Part shown: positions 31,553 through 42,565 of the stretch, in pieces
Layout of the letters: each line of letters begins with the position of its first letter
How positions within the stretch are numbered: the stretch's first letter is position 1
NCBI GenBank assembly: GCA_964481275.1
Contig: CAYZTD010000002.1
Coordinates: 35,246 to 99,245, forward strand
From: an uncultured Thermoplasmatales archaeon
GTDB lineage: Archaea; Thermoplasmatota; E2; DHVEG-1
Direction of reading: 5' to 3'
DNA: 64,000 bases
The notes under the pieces: model-generated
Database searches by the model: none
Seen by the model: only the letters and a program-made list of their open reading frames with translations
What the model was told of the DNA's origin: nothing
Position numbers and translations under genes: made by a program

Positions 31553-32251
31553 TTACCAAATATCATCAATATTCAGATCAGAATTTTTTTCTTTTTTATT
31601 TTCTCCTCTTTTTTTCTTATCATTTACTTTATCAAGCATACCTTGAAACTCAGAGGTTCTATACTCGATACGCCGTTCACAACTTGCAACAGCAAGTTCA
31701 CCTCGGGTTCTTTCAATTAAATTACGAACCATATCTTGCTTTTTTTTAATTGGAATAAGACCTGAAGGATAATCAAAACGAATAATTACGTCATAGATTT
31801 CTTCCATCATAAAAAGACATTCGTCTGCCTTTTTTGCTTTGTTATTTCTTATAGAATCAAGTGCGGTACGACGCAATTCACCTACAAGATCACATAAACC
31901 CAGAAGATAAGAACTATATGTAGTCTGAAGTTCATCAGGATCCGGTAAATCTTTCCCATTCATAATATTTAAAAAACATTGAGCTTCAACAAATTCTTGC
32001 CCTGCATTTTCTACAAATCCCGCATGGAAAATCTCGGGATATTTTTTTGTTATATCATAAAGTTCTTTAAGTTTGGATGAGGCTTTTTTAAGATTCTCTT
32101 TTGCGTCTTTATTATTTTGATGTGTTTTCTGAATTGCTTTTCTACAGTTAATAATAATTTCTCGAGAAAATTTTAGAGCTTTTTCTCTTGTTTTATCTTT
32201 ATCATCGATACTTTTTTCTATTTTATCTACGATTTTATCGAGGTTTTTCAT
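31553..32251 (-). CDS. translin-family protein
   Basis: 232 aa all-alpha protein whose core resembles the translin family (YSSYLLGLCDLVGELRRTALDSI). Lys/Glu-rich C-terminal tail. Confidence 0.5.
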   Translation of the reverse strand: MKNLDKIVDKIEKSIDDKDKTREKALKFSREIIINCRKAIQKTHQNNKDAKENLKKASSKLKELYDITKKYPEIFHAGFVENAGQEFVEAQCFLNIMNGKDLPDPDELQTTYSSYLLGLCDLVGELRRTALDSIRNNKAKKADECLFMMEEIYDVIIRFDYPSGLIPIKKKQDMVRNLIERTRGELAVASCERRIEYRTSEFQGMLDKVNDKKKRGENKKEKNSDLNIDDIW

Positions 32252-32307
32252 CTAATTTAGAATAAGAAACTGTTTAGTTAAAGTTTTTCTATAAAGAAAA
32301 AAATAAA

Positions 32308-33261
32308 TTAGAAATATTTTTTATTAACACAAAAATCAGGTTCTTCTCCTTTTAAAACCTTGATTATTTGCTTTGCACAAACTGTTCCAGCACGGATTTG
32401 CCCTTCTTTTGTACTAGCGCCTAAATGTGGTGTTAAAATAACGTTATCTAATTCAAATAGAGGGCTTTTTTCAGGGGGCTCTGTTTCATATACATCAAGT
32501 GAGGCACCTGCAATTTCTCTTTCTTTTAAAGCGTTATAAAGTGCTTTTTCATCAACAGTTCCACCACGAGCACAATTAATAAGATATGCTGTAGGTTTCA
32601 TCTTAGAAAGCATTTCTTTATTTACAATATGATGAGTTTTAGGATTGTGTGGGATATGTAAGGATATATAATCGGATTTTTCCATTATTTTATCTAACTT
32701 TTCGACTTTTTCTATATTCTCTTTTGCCATATCCTCCTTTGAGACAAATGGATCGTATCCTATTACTTTCATATTGAATGCTTGTGCAAGCTTTGCGGTA
32801 TATGTTCCAATATTTCCTGTTCCAATAAGCCCGAGCGTTTTTTCATTAAGTTCATTTCCTTTCAATTTCTTTTTTGCCCATTCGCCGTTTTTCATAGTTT
32901 TGTCAGCAATAGAAATATTGCGAGATAAAGCAATCATATTACCAATTGCAAGTTCTGCAACTGAAGCTGTTGCACCAGTAGGGCTATTTACAACTGGAAT
33001 CTTATTTTCTCCAGCTGTTTTTATATCAATATTGTCAACACCAATTCCAGCACGGCCAATTACTTTTAAATTTCCTTTTGATCCATTTTCAACAACATCT
33101 TTTGTAACCTTAGTTCCGCTTCTTACAAGAATGCCATCGAATTTTTTGATATCCTCAATAAGTTTTTCAGGATCTCTTTTATTTGTATCAACTTCAAAAC
33201 CAGCATCTTTTAACATATCTATTGCTTCATCTGCAAGCTTATCGTTTACTATTATTTTCAT
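32308..33261 (-). CDS. serA: D-3-phosphoglycerate dehydrogenase-like 2-hydroxyacid dehydrogenase (short form)
   Basis: 317 aa. GxGxxG (LGLIGTGNIGTYTA). Catalytic His/Glu/Arg region (NCARGGTVDEKAL...GASLDVYETEP). Confidence 0.75.
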   Translation of the reverse strand: MKIIVNDKLADEAIDMLKDAGFEVDTNKRDPEKLIEDIKKFDGILVRSGTKVTKDVVENGSKGNLKVIGRAGIGVDNIDIKTAGENKIPVVNSPTGATASVAELAIGNMIALSRNISIADKTMKNGEWAKKKLKGNELNEKTLGLIGTGNIGTYTAKLAQAFNMKVIGYDPFVSKEDMAKENIEKVEKLDKIMEKSDYISLHIPHNPKTHHIVNKEMLSKMKPTAYLINCARGGTVDEKALYNALKEREIAGASLDVYETEPPEKSPLFELDNVILTPHLGASTKEGQIRAGTVCAKQIIKVLKGEEPDFCVNKKYF

Positions 33262-33313
33262 ATATTATTAGCCCCCATTTCGTTTTCTTGTATAAAAAAA
33301 TATATTTTAATCT

Positions 33314-34603
33314 TTATGCTAAATGATCCAGCCTGAAATCAATACCAGGGTATTCAGCTTCGTCACTAAGCTCTTCTTCTATACGAAGAAGTTGATTATA
33401 TTTAGCATTTCTGTCACTTCTTGCAGGTGCACCAGTTTTTATTTGACCGCAACTTGTTCCAACAACTAAATCTGCAATAAAACTATCTTCTGTTTCACCA
33501 CTACGATGAGATACGACAGCAGTCCAACCTTGATCATGTGCCATTTTTATGGCATTCAATGTTTCTGTGACAGTTCCAATCTGATTAAGTTTTATTAAAA
33601 CAGAATTAGCAGCGGTCATCTCGATTCCTTTTTTTATTCTTTTGGTATTTGTAACAAATAGATCATCACCTACGATTTGAACTTCAGTGCCAATTTTTTT
33701 AGTAATTTCAACCCAAGATTTCCAATCATCTTCAGCAAGACCATCTTCGATACTAACAATTGGATATTTCTTACTTAAATCAACATAGAAATCAACCATT
33801 TCTCCACCTGAAAATGATTTCTTACCGATTTTATATGCCCCATCATAAAAAAATTCGCTACTTGCTGGATCCAAAGCAATTTTCATTTCTTCATTGTATC
33901 CTGCTTTTTCAACTGCTTTAAGCATTATATCTAAACGATCTTCAACATTTGTCATTTGAGAAGGTGCAAAACCTCCTTCATCACCAATTAAAGCACCACC
34001 GGCACCAAATTTTTCTTTTAAAAGTTTTGCAAGATGATGATACGACTCAGATACCATTCTTATGCCTTCAGAAAAATTTTTTGCACCAGTTGGCATAAGC
34101 ATATGTTCCTGAATTGAGTTTTCTTGTCCTGCGTGTTTTCCACCATTTATAACATTACACATTGGTACAGGTAACATATGTGGAATTACACCAAACAATT
34201 CACCAATATACTCGAAAAGCCCCAGTCCTTTTGAAGCAGCACCTGCTTTTGTTATAGCCATACTGACAGGTAAAATCGCGTTAGCACCAAGTACATCTTT
34301 ATTTTCAGTACCATCTATTTTTAACATTATATTATCGATTGTTTCTTGAGCGTTTGGGTCAAGGCCAATTATTTTAGGCGTAATTTTTTTGTTTATATTT
34401 TCAACTGCTTTAAGTGTACCTTTACCAAAATATCTGGATTTATCTCCATCACGCAATTCTAATGCTTCATGTTGTCCGGCACTAGCACCACTTGGTGTCA
34501 TCGCTCTAAAAATTCCATGTTCTGTTACAACATCTACCTCAACTGTAGGATTTCCACGCGAATCAAGTACTTCCCTTGCTTTAACTTTAATTATTTCAGA
34601 CAT
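33314..34603 (-). CDS. eno: enolase
   Basis: 429 aa with full-length enolase similarity, including SHRSGETED and the Mg-binding [12 protein letters not shown] motifs. Confidence 0.95.
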   Translation of the reverse strand: MSEIIKVKAREVLDSRGNPTVEVDVVTEHGIFRAMTPSGASAGQHEALELRDGDKSRYFGKGTLKAVENINKKITPKIIGLDPNAQETIDNIMLKIDGTENKDVLGANAILPVSMAITKAGAASKGLGLFEYIGELFGVIPHMLPVPMCNVINGGKHAGQENSIQEHMLMPTGAKNFSEGIRMVSESYHHLAKLLKEKFGAGGALIGDEGGFAPSQMTNVEDRLDIMLKAVEKAGYNEEMKIALDPASSEFFYDGAYKIGKKSFSGGEMVDFYVDLSKKYPIVSIEDGLAEDDWKSWVEITKKIGTEVQIVGDDLFVTNTKRIKKGIEMTAANSVLIKLNQIGTVTETLNAIKMAHDQGWTAVVSHRSGETEDSFIADLVVGTSCGQIKTGAPARSDRNAKYNQLLRIEEELSDEAEYPGIDFRLDHLA

Positions 34604-34734
34604 GACCTCTCCTCAAAATTTAGGACTCCTTTTCTATATTATAGTCATCTATCTTAAATTTATCTTTTTATAAAAAATTTTTACAGAAACACTTAATAAT
34701 GCACTTCAGTTTTTTTGTTTGGAGGTAAAATATT

Positions 34735-35511
34735 ATGCCATGGTTGTATATAATAATTGTATTTGTTATTTTTTTGATGCTTATACTTGCATCGGCAATA
34801 AAAATAATGGCTGAATACCAAAGGATAGTTGTTTTTAGATTAGGAAGATTTGTTGGGATTAAAGGACCTGGGTTAGTATTTATAATACCTATCATTGATA
34901 GTGTTATAAAACTCGACTTAAGAACAAGGGTTATCGATGTACCAAAACAAAGAGTTATCACTGAAGACAATGTAACAGTAGATGTAGATGCTGTAGTATA
35001 TTTCAGAATAGTTGATCCTGAAAAAGCAGTAATTGAAGTACAAAGATATGATATCGCGACAGGCCTTCAAGCACAAACAACTCTTAGAGATGTACTTGGA
35101 AGGCAAAATTTAGATGAACTTTTATCAAACAGAGAAGAATTAAACAAAAGTCTTCAAACAATTATTGATAGTGTAACTGACCCTTGGGGTATCAAAGTTT
35201 CTGCAGTAACCATACGTGATGTATCTCTTCCTGATACAATGCTTAGGGCTCTAGCAAAACAAGCAGAAGCAGAAAGAGAAAAACGCTCTAGAATAATAAT
35301 TGCAGAGGGTGAATTTCAAGCATCAAAAAGGATGTCAGATGCCGCAAAGTTATATCAGGAGCGGCCAATGGCCTTAAAACTTCGTGAACTACAAACACTT
35401 GCTGAAATTGCGCGAGAAGGAAACCTTATTGTTGTACCTGCTGGAGACATTGGACAAGTTGCAGGTATTGCAAAAGCAGTAAATCAAAAACCAAGAAAGA
35501 ATGAAAGCTAA
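34735..35511 (+). CDS. SPFH/band-7 stomatin-like protein
   Basis: N-terminal TM anchor, then the SPFH domain (IVFRLGRFVGIKGPGLVFIIPIID...) and a coiled-coil C-terminus. Confidence 0.9.
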   Translation: MPWLYIIIVFVIFLMLILASAIKIMAEYQRIVVFRLGRFVGIKGPGLVFIIPIIDSVIKLDLRTRVIDVPKQRVITEDNVTVDVDAVVYFRIVDPEKAVIEVQRYDIATGLQAQTTLRDVLGRQNLDELLSNREELNKSLQTIIDSVTDPWGIKVSAVTIRDVSLPDTMLRALAKQAEAEREKRSRIIIAEGEFQASKRMSDAAKLYQERPMALKLRELQTLAEIAREGNLIVVPAGDIGQVAGIAKAVNQKPRKNES

Positions 35512-36826
35512 AAAAAATAAAATCTTCTTAATTCTTTTATTTCTTATTTCCATTTTTATTCTACTGTCTAATATTGCAGTTGCTAAAGGACAGAATGTTT
35601 TATTAGTAGAGATGGACGGAACAATCAATCAATCCACAGTTGAAACATTAAAAGAAGCATTAGATGAGGCAGAAAATAAAAACTCTGAAGCTGTTATACT
35701 AAAAATTAATACTCCTGGTGGCGGATTGCAAGAAACATTTGACATTGCAAAATTGATTAATAAAAGTAAAATTCCTGTGATAGGATATGTATATCCTCAA
35801 GGATCAAATGCATGGTCTGCAGGGACGTTTATTCTTATAAGTACACACATTGCTGCTATGTCTGATTATACAATAATTGGATCATGTCAACCAGTTGAAG
35901 TTACAGCTGGTGGTACAAAACTTATCAATGATTCAAAAACAATTAATGCACTTACTAAATGGATTGAAACAAGAGCAGAAATGTATAACAGAAATACGTC
36001 TATTGCTCGTAAATTTATAACAAAAAATCTAAACATAAATGAAACTAAGGCTTTAGAATACGGTGTAATAGAACATGTTTCATCAAATATCAAAGAACTC
36101 TTAGAAAATATTAATGGATCAATTGTTATTACTTCAGATGGAAATATAACATTAAACACTTTAGATGCAAAACAAATAAACTATTCACCTTCGATAAAAA
36201 TAATTTTAATGGAGTTTTTTTCAAATCCCGTTCTAGTATCAATACTATTTATACTAGGTATATTTGCATTAATATTTGGTATATCTTCACCTGGATTTGG
36301 AGCAGAAGTATTTGGTGTGATAGCAATTCTTTTATCACTAGTAGGATCTGGTTTTTCTATATCTGCCCTTAGCATAATTTTTATAGTTATAGGAGTTTTA
36401 CTTTTTGTAATAGAAATATATGTAATACCAGGGTTTGGAGTAATTGGTATCGGCGGTATTATAAGTTTATTAATAGGTAGTATATTTCTAATACCAAGTT
36501 ATCCAAATAGGGAATGGTTGATCACAATGGATTGGATTCAAGATGCATTGATAGTTGTAATTGCAATAGTAGTTGTAATTGCAATCTTTTTTATGTTTTT
36601 GTTATATAAAATATTGCAGTCTATAAAAAGAAAAAAAGCAACTAATGTTTTCATCGGAGAAAAAGCAATAACATCTGACCGAATCACTCCAGAAAATCCC
36701 GGTTATGTTAAATTTAAAGGTGAATATTGGAAGGCAATATCAGATGAAATAATCGAGGAAAACGAAAAAGTTATAATAATTGATAGAGAAGAATCAACAC
36801 TAAAAGTAAAACCAAAAGATAGTTGA
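35501..36826 (+). CDS. NfeD-family membrane-bound ClpP-class serine protease (stomatin operon partner)
   Basis: Overlaps the stomatin gene by 11 nt. N-terminal ClpP-like domain (INTPGGGLQETFDIAKLIN...SNAWSAGTFI). Multi-TM middle. C-terminal OB-fold. Classic stomatin-NfeD pairing. Confidence 0.85.
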   Translation: MKAKKNKIFLILLFLISIFILLSNIAVAKGQNVLLVEMDGTINQSTVETLKEALDEAENKNSEAVILKINTPGGGLQETFDIAKLINKSKIPVIGYVYPQGSNAWSAGTFILISTHIAAMSDYTIIGSCQPVEVTAGGTKLINDSKTINALTKWIETRAEMYNRNTSIARKFITKNLNINETKALEYGVIEHVSSNIKELLENINGSIVITSDGNITLNTLDAKQINYSPSIKIILMEFFSNPVLVSILFILGIFALIFGISSPGFGAEVFGVIAILLSLVGSGFSISALSIIFIVIGVLLFVIEIYVIPGFGVIGIGGIISLLIGSIFLIPSYPNREWLITMDWIQDALIVVIAIVVVIAIFFMFLLYKILQSIKRKKATNVFIGEKAITSDRITPENPGYVKFKGEYWKAISDEIIEENEKVIIIDREESTLKVKPKDS

Positions 36827-36877
36827 CCCCAACATTAAATAACCCCCTTCTTTTTTCCCAAGTCAAGGTAATTATAA

Positions 36878-38128
36878 ATGAATAACAGTATAAAATTTCA
36901 ATTTCTCGGTGGAGTCGAAGAAGTCGGAAGACTTTCAATGGTACTTGATTTAGAGGATAGTATATTTCTATTTGAATACGGTATGAGCCCTGGAAAACCA
37001 CCTGAATATCCAATGCGTCCTCCAGATATAGATGCAATATTTTTAACTCATTGTCATCTAGATCATTCTGGTATGATACCATGGCTTTTTAGAAAAGATG
37101 GACAAAAAATTTTTACCACTCAACTTACAGGGGAACTATCAAATCTTTTGCATAAAGATTCAATAAAAATCGCAAAAAGCGAGGGATATGCAAACCCCTA
37201 TAGCAACTCTGAAGTGAAAAAAGCAAAAAATAACGTTGTCCCCGTAAAACCAAATCAAAACAAACCTCTAAGTGAAAATTTAGATTTAAAAATGCATGAC
37301 GCAGGTCATATACCTGGTTCTCTAATGTATGAATTAGTAGGAGATAAAAAGATTTTATTTACAGGGGATATAAATACAGTAGATACAAGAATAGTAAAAG
37401 GTAACAATCCTGTTGATTGTGACATATTATTTTTGGAAGGAACCTATGCAGGCCGAGATCATCCTAAAAAAAGACAAGAAATAGAAAAAGAATTGCTTGA
37501 TAGAATTGATGAAGTTATAAGAAGAGGGGGTGTTGCTGTTCTTCCTGCCTTTGCTGTATCACGTTCACAAGAAATAGCTATGGTTCTTAGAAAATCTGGT
37601 TATAATATATGGTTTGATGGGATGGGTAGAAAAGTATCAAAAATATTTTTAAGACATTCAAAATATCTTAGATCTCCAAATGATCTTAAAAAATCTTTAA
37701 ACAAAATTAATTTTATACATTCGGATCATGGGAGAAAACTTGCTGCCAATAAGGCAGATGTGATTTTAACTTCTTCTGGTATGATGGACGGCGGACCTGT
37801 TTTAAGTTATATGAATAAACTTAAAAATGATCCTAAAAGTGGCGTAATTCTTACAGGATATCAAGTTCCAGATAGTAACGCAAGACTTCTTGTTGATCGT
37901 GGAATGCTTGATTTTTATGGTGTAAAAGAAAAAATAAGTTGTAGTGTAGACTACTTTGATTTATCAGCACATGCTGGACACAGCGAGCTAATAGATTTTG
38001 CTAAAAAGTGCAATCCAGAAAAAATTGTTTTAATGCATAGTGAAAACCGTGAAGCACTTGTCAAACCTTTATCAGATTTTGCTGAGGTATCAGTACCACG
38101 TACCGGTGAAATAGTTGAATTAAAATAA
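36878..38128 (+). CDS. beta-CASP/MBL-fold ribonuclease (short aCPSF2/RNase J-like)
   Basis: 416 aa. MBL motif HCHLDHSG. beta-CASP-type motifs further on (MHDAGHIPGS; LSAHAGHSEL). Confidence 0.6.
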   Translation: MNNSIKFQFLGGVEEVGRLSMVLDLEDSIFLFEYGMSPGKPPEYPMRPPDIDAIFLTHCHLDHSGMIPWLFRKDGQKIFTTQLTGELSNLLHKDSIKIAKSEGYANPYSNSEVKKAKNNVVPVKPNQNKPLSENLDLKMHDAGHIPGSLMYELVGDKKILFTGDINTVDTRIVKGNNPVDCDILFLEGTYAGRDHPKKRQEIEKELLDRIDEVIRRGGVAVLPAFAVSRSQEIAMVLRKSGYNIWFDGMGRKVSKIFLRHSKYLRSPNDLKKSLNKINFIHSDHGRKLAANKADVILTSSGMMDGGPVLSYMNKLKNDPKSGVILTGYQVPDSNARLLVDRGMLDFYGVKEKISCSVDYFDLSAHAGHSELIDFAKKCNPEKIVLMHSENREALVKPLSDFAEVSVPRTGEIVELK

Positions 38129-38170
38129 AAGTAATATGTTTTCTAATTTATTCTAGGTTGGTAAAATAGA

Positions 38171-39421
38171 ATGGCTGAGATGACACAAAGACAAAAATAC
38201 GATCTTAAACGAGCAATCGAAGAACTTAAAGAATGTAAAGGTAGACATACTGAGCTTATATCTTTATATGTGCCTCCTTCTAAACAGATATTTGATGTTT
38301 CTTCATATCTTAAAAATGAACTTTCAGAATCCCAGAATATAAAATCAAAAACTACTCGTAAAAATGTTTTATCTGCAATTGAGTCTATCATGAGTAGATT
38401 AAAAACATTCAAACAACCACCTGAAAATGGAGTAGTTTTTTTTGTAGGGCATAAAAGTGCAGGTAGCGATCAAACAGAGATGGTGCAGTTTGTAATAGAA
38501 CCACCTTTACCCATTCAAACTTTTTTATATAGGTGCGATTCAGAATTTTATCTAGATCCTTTAGAAGATATGCTTTCTGAAAAAGAAATATATGGTTTAT
38601 TTTTAATTGATAGAAGGGAATGCACTGTTGGTATTCTTCGTGGAAACCGTGTAGAACTTTTAAAATATATGACTTCTCAGGTACCTGGAAAACATGGAAA
38701 AGGTGGACAGTCTCAACGTAGATTTGAAAGACTTACAGAGATTGCTGCTCATGAATGGTTTCAGAAGGCTGCTGATAAAGCAAGTGACATATTCCGAGAA
38801 CATGAAGAAATAAAAGGAATATTTGTTGGTGGGCCGGGACCTACTAAACAATTTTTTGTAGAAGAAGAATATCTTCATTATGAAGTACAGGAAAAAATAA
38901 TTGACACGTTTGATACTGGTTATACTGATGAGTTTGGCCTTAGAGAGCTTGTTTCTGCTGCATCTGAAACAAGAACTGATCTAAAAGTAGCAAAAGAAAA
39001 AAAACTGATGAAACGTTTTTTAAAAGAAGTTACAAAAACAGGTAATAGTCTTGCTGTTTATAGTGAAAATCAGGTAAGAAAAGCACTTGAAATGGGCGCA
39101 GTAGATATACTTCTTTTATCTGAAAATCTTCGTAGATATAGGTTAAAGTTAGTATGTCCTAGTTGTACTTATTCAGAAATTAAGACTGTAAAAGAGAAAG
39201 ATATTGAAGATTTTGAACCATATGATTGCCCTAAATGTAAAACGCCAACTCAATTGGAAATTGAAGGTAAAACTGATCTTATAGATGAACTTTCAGATCT
39301 TGCTGAGAAAACAAGTGCTGGTGTAGAAATAATATCTTTGGGAAGCGAAGAGGGGGATTCTCTTTACGCTGCTTTTAATGGTATTGCAGGTATTCTTAGA
39401 TATCCTCTAAATTTAGAGTAA
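38171..39421 (+). CDS. prf1: peptide chain release factor aRF1
   Basis: 416 aa. GGQ motif (KHGKGGQSQRRFER). NIKS-like decoding motif (SQNIKSKTTR). eRF1 domain-3 zinc ribbon near the C-terminus. Confidence 0.9.
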   Translation: MAEMTQRQKYDLKRAIEELKECKGRHTELISLYVPPSKQIFDVSSYLKNELSESQNIKSKTTRKNVLSAIESIMSRLKTFKQPPENGVVFFVGHKSAGSDQTEMVQFVIEPPLPIQTFLYRCDSEFYLDPLEDMLSEKEIYGLFLIDRRECTVGILRGNRVELLKYMTSQVPGKHGKGGQSQRRFERLTEIAAHEWFQKAADKASDIFREHEEIKGIFVGGPGPTKQFFVEEEYLHYEVQEKIIDTFDTGYTDEFGLRELVSAASETRTDLKVAKEKKLMKRFLKEVTKTGNSLAVYSENQVRKALEMGAVDILLLSENLRRYRLKLVCPSCTYSEIKTVKEKDIEDFEPYDCPKCKTPTQLEIEGKTDLIDELSDLAEKTSAGVEIISLGSEEGDSLYAAFNGIAGILRYPLNLE

Positions 39422-39554
39422 ATATATTAGACATTTTTTGATTAAATTCATCATTAAAGTATTCCTACTTAATTAATAAACATAAAATTATATATATAAT
39501 TTAAATCGATGGTTTTATAAATAATGAAATATATTAATAATATGGGGTAATACC

Positions 39555-41600
39555 ATGACGTCCAGAGAGAATTTTAAATCATTCATACCCACAAAAAAGA
39601 TTATACCTGAGCTAACTATTAAAGCAATTTTAGTAGGAATTTTACTTGCTATTATACTTGGTTCGGCAAATGCTTATTTAGGATTATATGCTGGTATGAC
39701 TGTATCAGCTGTAATACCTGGTGCAGTAATGGCTTTCGCTCTTTTAAAACCATTTAAAGGAACAATTCTTGAAGTAAATATTGGTATGATGGGTGCAGCA
39801 GCAGGAGAAGCACTTGCAGCAGGTGTAATATTTACAATACCTGCAATTGTACTTGTTGGAACCTGGGAATCAATTCATTATTTTGAAACCACAATTATTG
39901 CCTTGCTTGGTGGTATTCTTGGTGTTTTATGGATGGTACCTCTTAGAAGAGCACTTATCATAAAAACTGATTTACCATTTCCAGAGGGTGTAGCTGTAGC
40001 AGCTGTTCTAACTACAACAGTTGGTGGAGAAAAAGCAGAAGAAACAAAAGATGGGAGTGGTGTAAGTGGTATATGGCTTCTTGTTGGAGTTGTTATAGCT
40101 GGTCTTTTTAAATTTGGTCAAGTAGCTTTAAACGCAGTTAGTGGTGCAATCCATGGAATAATAAGTATAGGAAAATTCAATATTGGGTCTGGAAAAAATC
40201 CAGGTTATCTCTATGGTGGACTTGCAGCATCACCAGCACTTTTGGGTGTAGGATGGATTATAGGTCCTAGAATTGCTTCATTTGTTTTTGTAGGTGGTTT
40301 AATTGGATGGGTAATACTTGCACCTTTGATCGCTCTTGCAACAGGTCTTCCAAGTCCTGACTTGGCAAATCCAGAAGTACTAAAAGATGTTATGTCACTA
40401 GGAAATGGTAATCTTGCAATAGGTGAACAGATATGGGGCTTTTTCCAGATATGGGGAAACTACATTAGATACATCGGTGTAGGTGCAATGGTTGTCGGTG
40501 GACTTTATACTATTTTCAAACTCAGATCAAATCTTTCAGAAGGAATAAAAGAGGCAGTAGCTGGATTGAAAGGAGCTGCTACTGGAACTAAAAAACGTAC
40601 AGAACAAGATTTAAACTTTAAATTTGTATTTCTTGCTATAGGAGCACTTACAATTCCAATATTTTTAATATATGGATATATATCAAATGAATGGGCTATA
40701 TCAGGTGTAATGGCTGTTTTTGCAGTCTTATTTGCATTCATTGCAAGTGCAATTGCTGGTTATATGGCAGGATTATTAGGATCATCTAATAACCCTATTT
40801 CAGGTGTGACCGTAGCAGTTCTTCTTATCACTTCACTAATTTTGGTTGGTTTTGGGCTTTCTGGAAATGTTAATGCATACGGTGTAGCAATATTAATTGC
40901 TGCGGTCATCTGTTGTGCAGCAGCTATTTCTGGAGATGTGTTACAATCTATGACATGTGGTCAAATGATTGGTGCAACACCTAAAAACCAACAGATTGCA
41001 GAAATGATAGGTGTTCTTGCAGCAGCACCAATACTTGCAATTGTTGTACAGGCACTTGATCAGGCATATCAGATTGGAAGTACAAATCTTCCAGCGCCAC
41101 AAGCATTTTTAATGAGTGGTATTGTAAAGGGGGTTCTTGGAGGAGAAATGGTCTGGCCATTTGTACTTGCTGGAGCTGTTCTAGCTTTTGTACTTATTCT
41201 TATAGATCTTCCAGTTCTTCCAGTTGCAATAGGAATATATTTACCATTTACACTTAGCACTCCTATATTTGCAGGTGGGATAGTAAGACACTTTACAAAC
41301 AAACATATAGAAAAGAAATTTGGTAGTGCTGAAGAGGAAGAAATTAGCGAATGGGAGCTTGCTATAAAACAAACGGATGTTAAACCAAAAGAAAAGATTA
41401 TAAGGACAGGTCTACTTCTCACTGCAGGGTTAATTGCAGGAGAAGCACTTACTGGTGTGATAGTTGCATTCCTTATTATAGGAGGAATTGATCTTTCAAT
41501 ATTTGCTTATTCACCAATATTACCTTCGATACTCATATGGTTCTTTATTGCAGTGCTTCTAGCATATATCCCATTGAGGGAAATCTTTGCTAAGAAATAA
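39555..41600 (+). CDS. OPT-family oligopeptide transporter
   Basis: 681 aa, at least 14 TM. N-terminal OPT signature (ILGSANAYLGLYAGMTVSAVIPGAV). Confidence 0.85.
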   Translation: MTSRENFKSFIPTKKIIPELTIKAILVGILLAIILGSANAYLGLYAGMTVSAVIPGAVMAFALLKPFKGTILEVNIGMMGAAAGEALAAGVIFTIPAIVLVGTWESIHYFETTIIALLGGILGVLWMVPLRRALIIKTDLPFPEGVAVAAVLTTTVGGEKAEETKDGSGVSGIWLLVGVVIAGLFKFGQVALNAVSGAIHGIISIGKFNIGSGKNPGYLYGGLAASPALLGVGWIIGPRIASFVFVGGLIGWVILAPLIALATGLPSPDLANPEVLKDVMSLGNGNLAIGEQIWGFFQIWGNYIRYIGVGAMVVGGLYTIFKLRSNLSEGIKEAVAGLKGAATGTKKRTEQDLNFKFVFLAIGALTIPIFLIYGYISNEWAISGVMAVFAVLFAFIASAIAGYMAGLLGSSNNPISGVTVAVLLITSLILVGFGLSGNVNAYGVAILIAAVICCAAAISGDVLQSMTCGQMIGATPKNQQIAEMIGVLAAAPILAIVVQALDQAYQIGSTNLPAPQAFLMSGIVKGVLGGEMVWPFVLAGAVLAFVLILIDLPVLPVAIGIYLPFTLSTPIFAGGIVRHFTNKHIEKKFGSAEEEEISEWELAIKQTDVKPKEKIIRTGLLLTAGLIAGEALTGVIVAFLIIGGIDLSIFAYSPILPSILIWFFIAVLLAYIPLREIFAKK

Positions 41601-41952
41601 AAAAAAAAATAAAAGTAAACTTCCAACAGAACAAGAGATGCTAAGATATCGGCCTAAAAGAGCTGATTTTAAATGGGAAGAAAATATAGAAGGATTAATT
41701 AAATTAAAGGTACCAAAGTTCCAAAGTAACTTTGGTAAGTCTTTTTGTAACTTAATAAAAAAAGAAAATTTTTTTGAGGCAGATCTTGATAAGTTAGGAA
41801 GTATTATCTGGAGAAATTGTGATGGAAGAAAAACAGTAGAGGATATTCTTAAGATATTAAAAAAAGAGTTTCCAGATGAAAAAAATATCAATCAAAGGCT
41901 TTATTTATTTCTCCAACAGCTTAATAATTTAGATTACATTAGACTAAATTAA
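41587..41952 (+). CDS. PqqD-like peptide-binding (RRE-domain) protein
   Basis: 121 aa. C-terminal PqqD-family pattern (DLDKLGSIIWRNCDGRKTVEDILKILKKEFPDE...LYLFLQQLNNLDYI). Overlaps the OPT stop by 14 nt. Confidence 0.55.
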   Translation: MLRNKKKNKSKLPTEQEMLRYRPKRADFKWEENIEGLIKLKVPKFQSNFGKSFCNLIKKENFFEADLDKLGSIIWRNCDGRKTVEDILKILKKEFPDEKNINQRLYLFLQQLNNLDYIRLN

Positions 41953-42025
41953 ATTTTAAACAAAATTTAGAAAAATAATATAATTTTTAGTAAAATATTT
42001 AAGAATAATGCTGTTTTTTGTTGAT

Positions 42026-42550
42026 ATGAAAGTTTATCTTCAAGAAGAAGAAAAAGTTATTTATGAAGGTTATCCACAACCTGTAATTCTTGTCTTATGG
42101 TTTTTTAAGGCTTTGTTTTTTGCAGTTATAATATCCTTTTTTATAAACACTTTTCTTACTGTTTTAACACGTAACTTTACAAGTTATGGTATTAACTATT
42201 TTCTTGTTTTCATACCTGTTTTGGTAATATCTTTTATATATCAGATTTTTCTTAGACGTTCTTATCATTATTATATTACAAATGAACGTGTTATTTTTCA
42301 AGGTGGAATACTTCTTAGACAAATAAAAAATGTACCTTATCATAAAGTTACAGATGTATCTATCTATCAGAATATCATTGAAAGGATTATAGGTATTTCC
42401 ACACTAAATGTTCATACTGCTGGTACTGGCGTTCAAATGCCCGAGATACGTTTTGTGGGATTATATAATCCTGAAAAACCTCATATGTTTATTTTAAAGG
42501 AACTTAAAGCCTTCAAATCCGATAAGAGGCATTCTTCTATTAGTGATTAA
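42026..42550 (+). CDS. bPH_2 (YdbT/DUF304-like) membrane-flanked PH-domain protein
   Basis: Two TM helices followed by the bacterial PH domain pattern (YYITNERVIFQGGILLRQIKNVPYHKVTDVSIYQNIIERIIGISTL). Start taken at the internal Met. Confidence 0.6.
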   Translation: MKVYLQEEEKVIYEGYPQPVILVLWFFKALFFAVIISFFINTFLTVLTRNFTSYGINYFLVFIPVLVISFIYQIFLRRSYHYYITNERVIFQGGILLRQIKNVPYHKVTDVSIYQNIIERIIGISTLNVHTAGTGVQMPEIRFVGLYNPEKPHMFILKELKAFKSDKRHSSISD

Positions 42551-42565
42551 ATAGTGATTTAAAAT

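Noticed and set aside
36771-37082. 103-aa minus-strand ORF spanning the NfeD end and the beta-CASP start
   Set aside because: It overlaps two convincing plus-strand genes and their intergenic promoter, and has no signal of its own.
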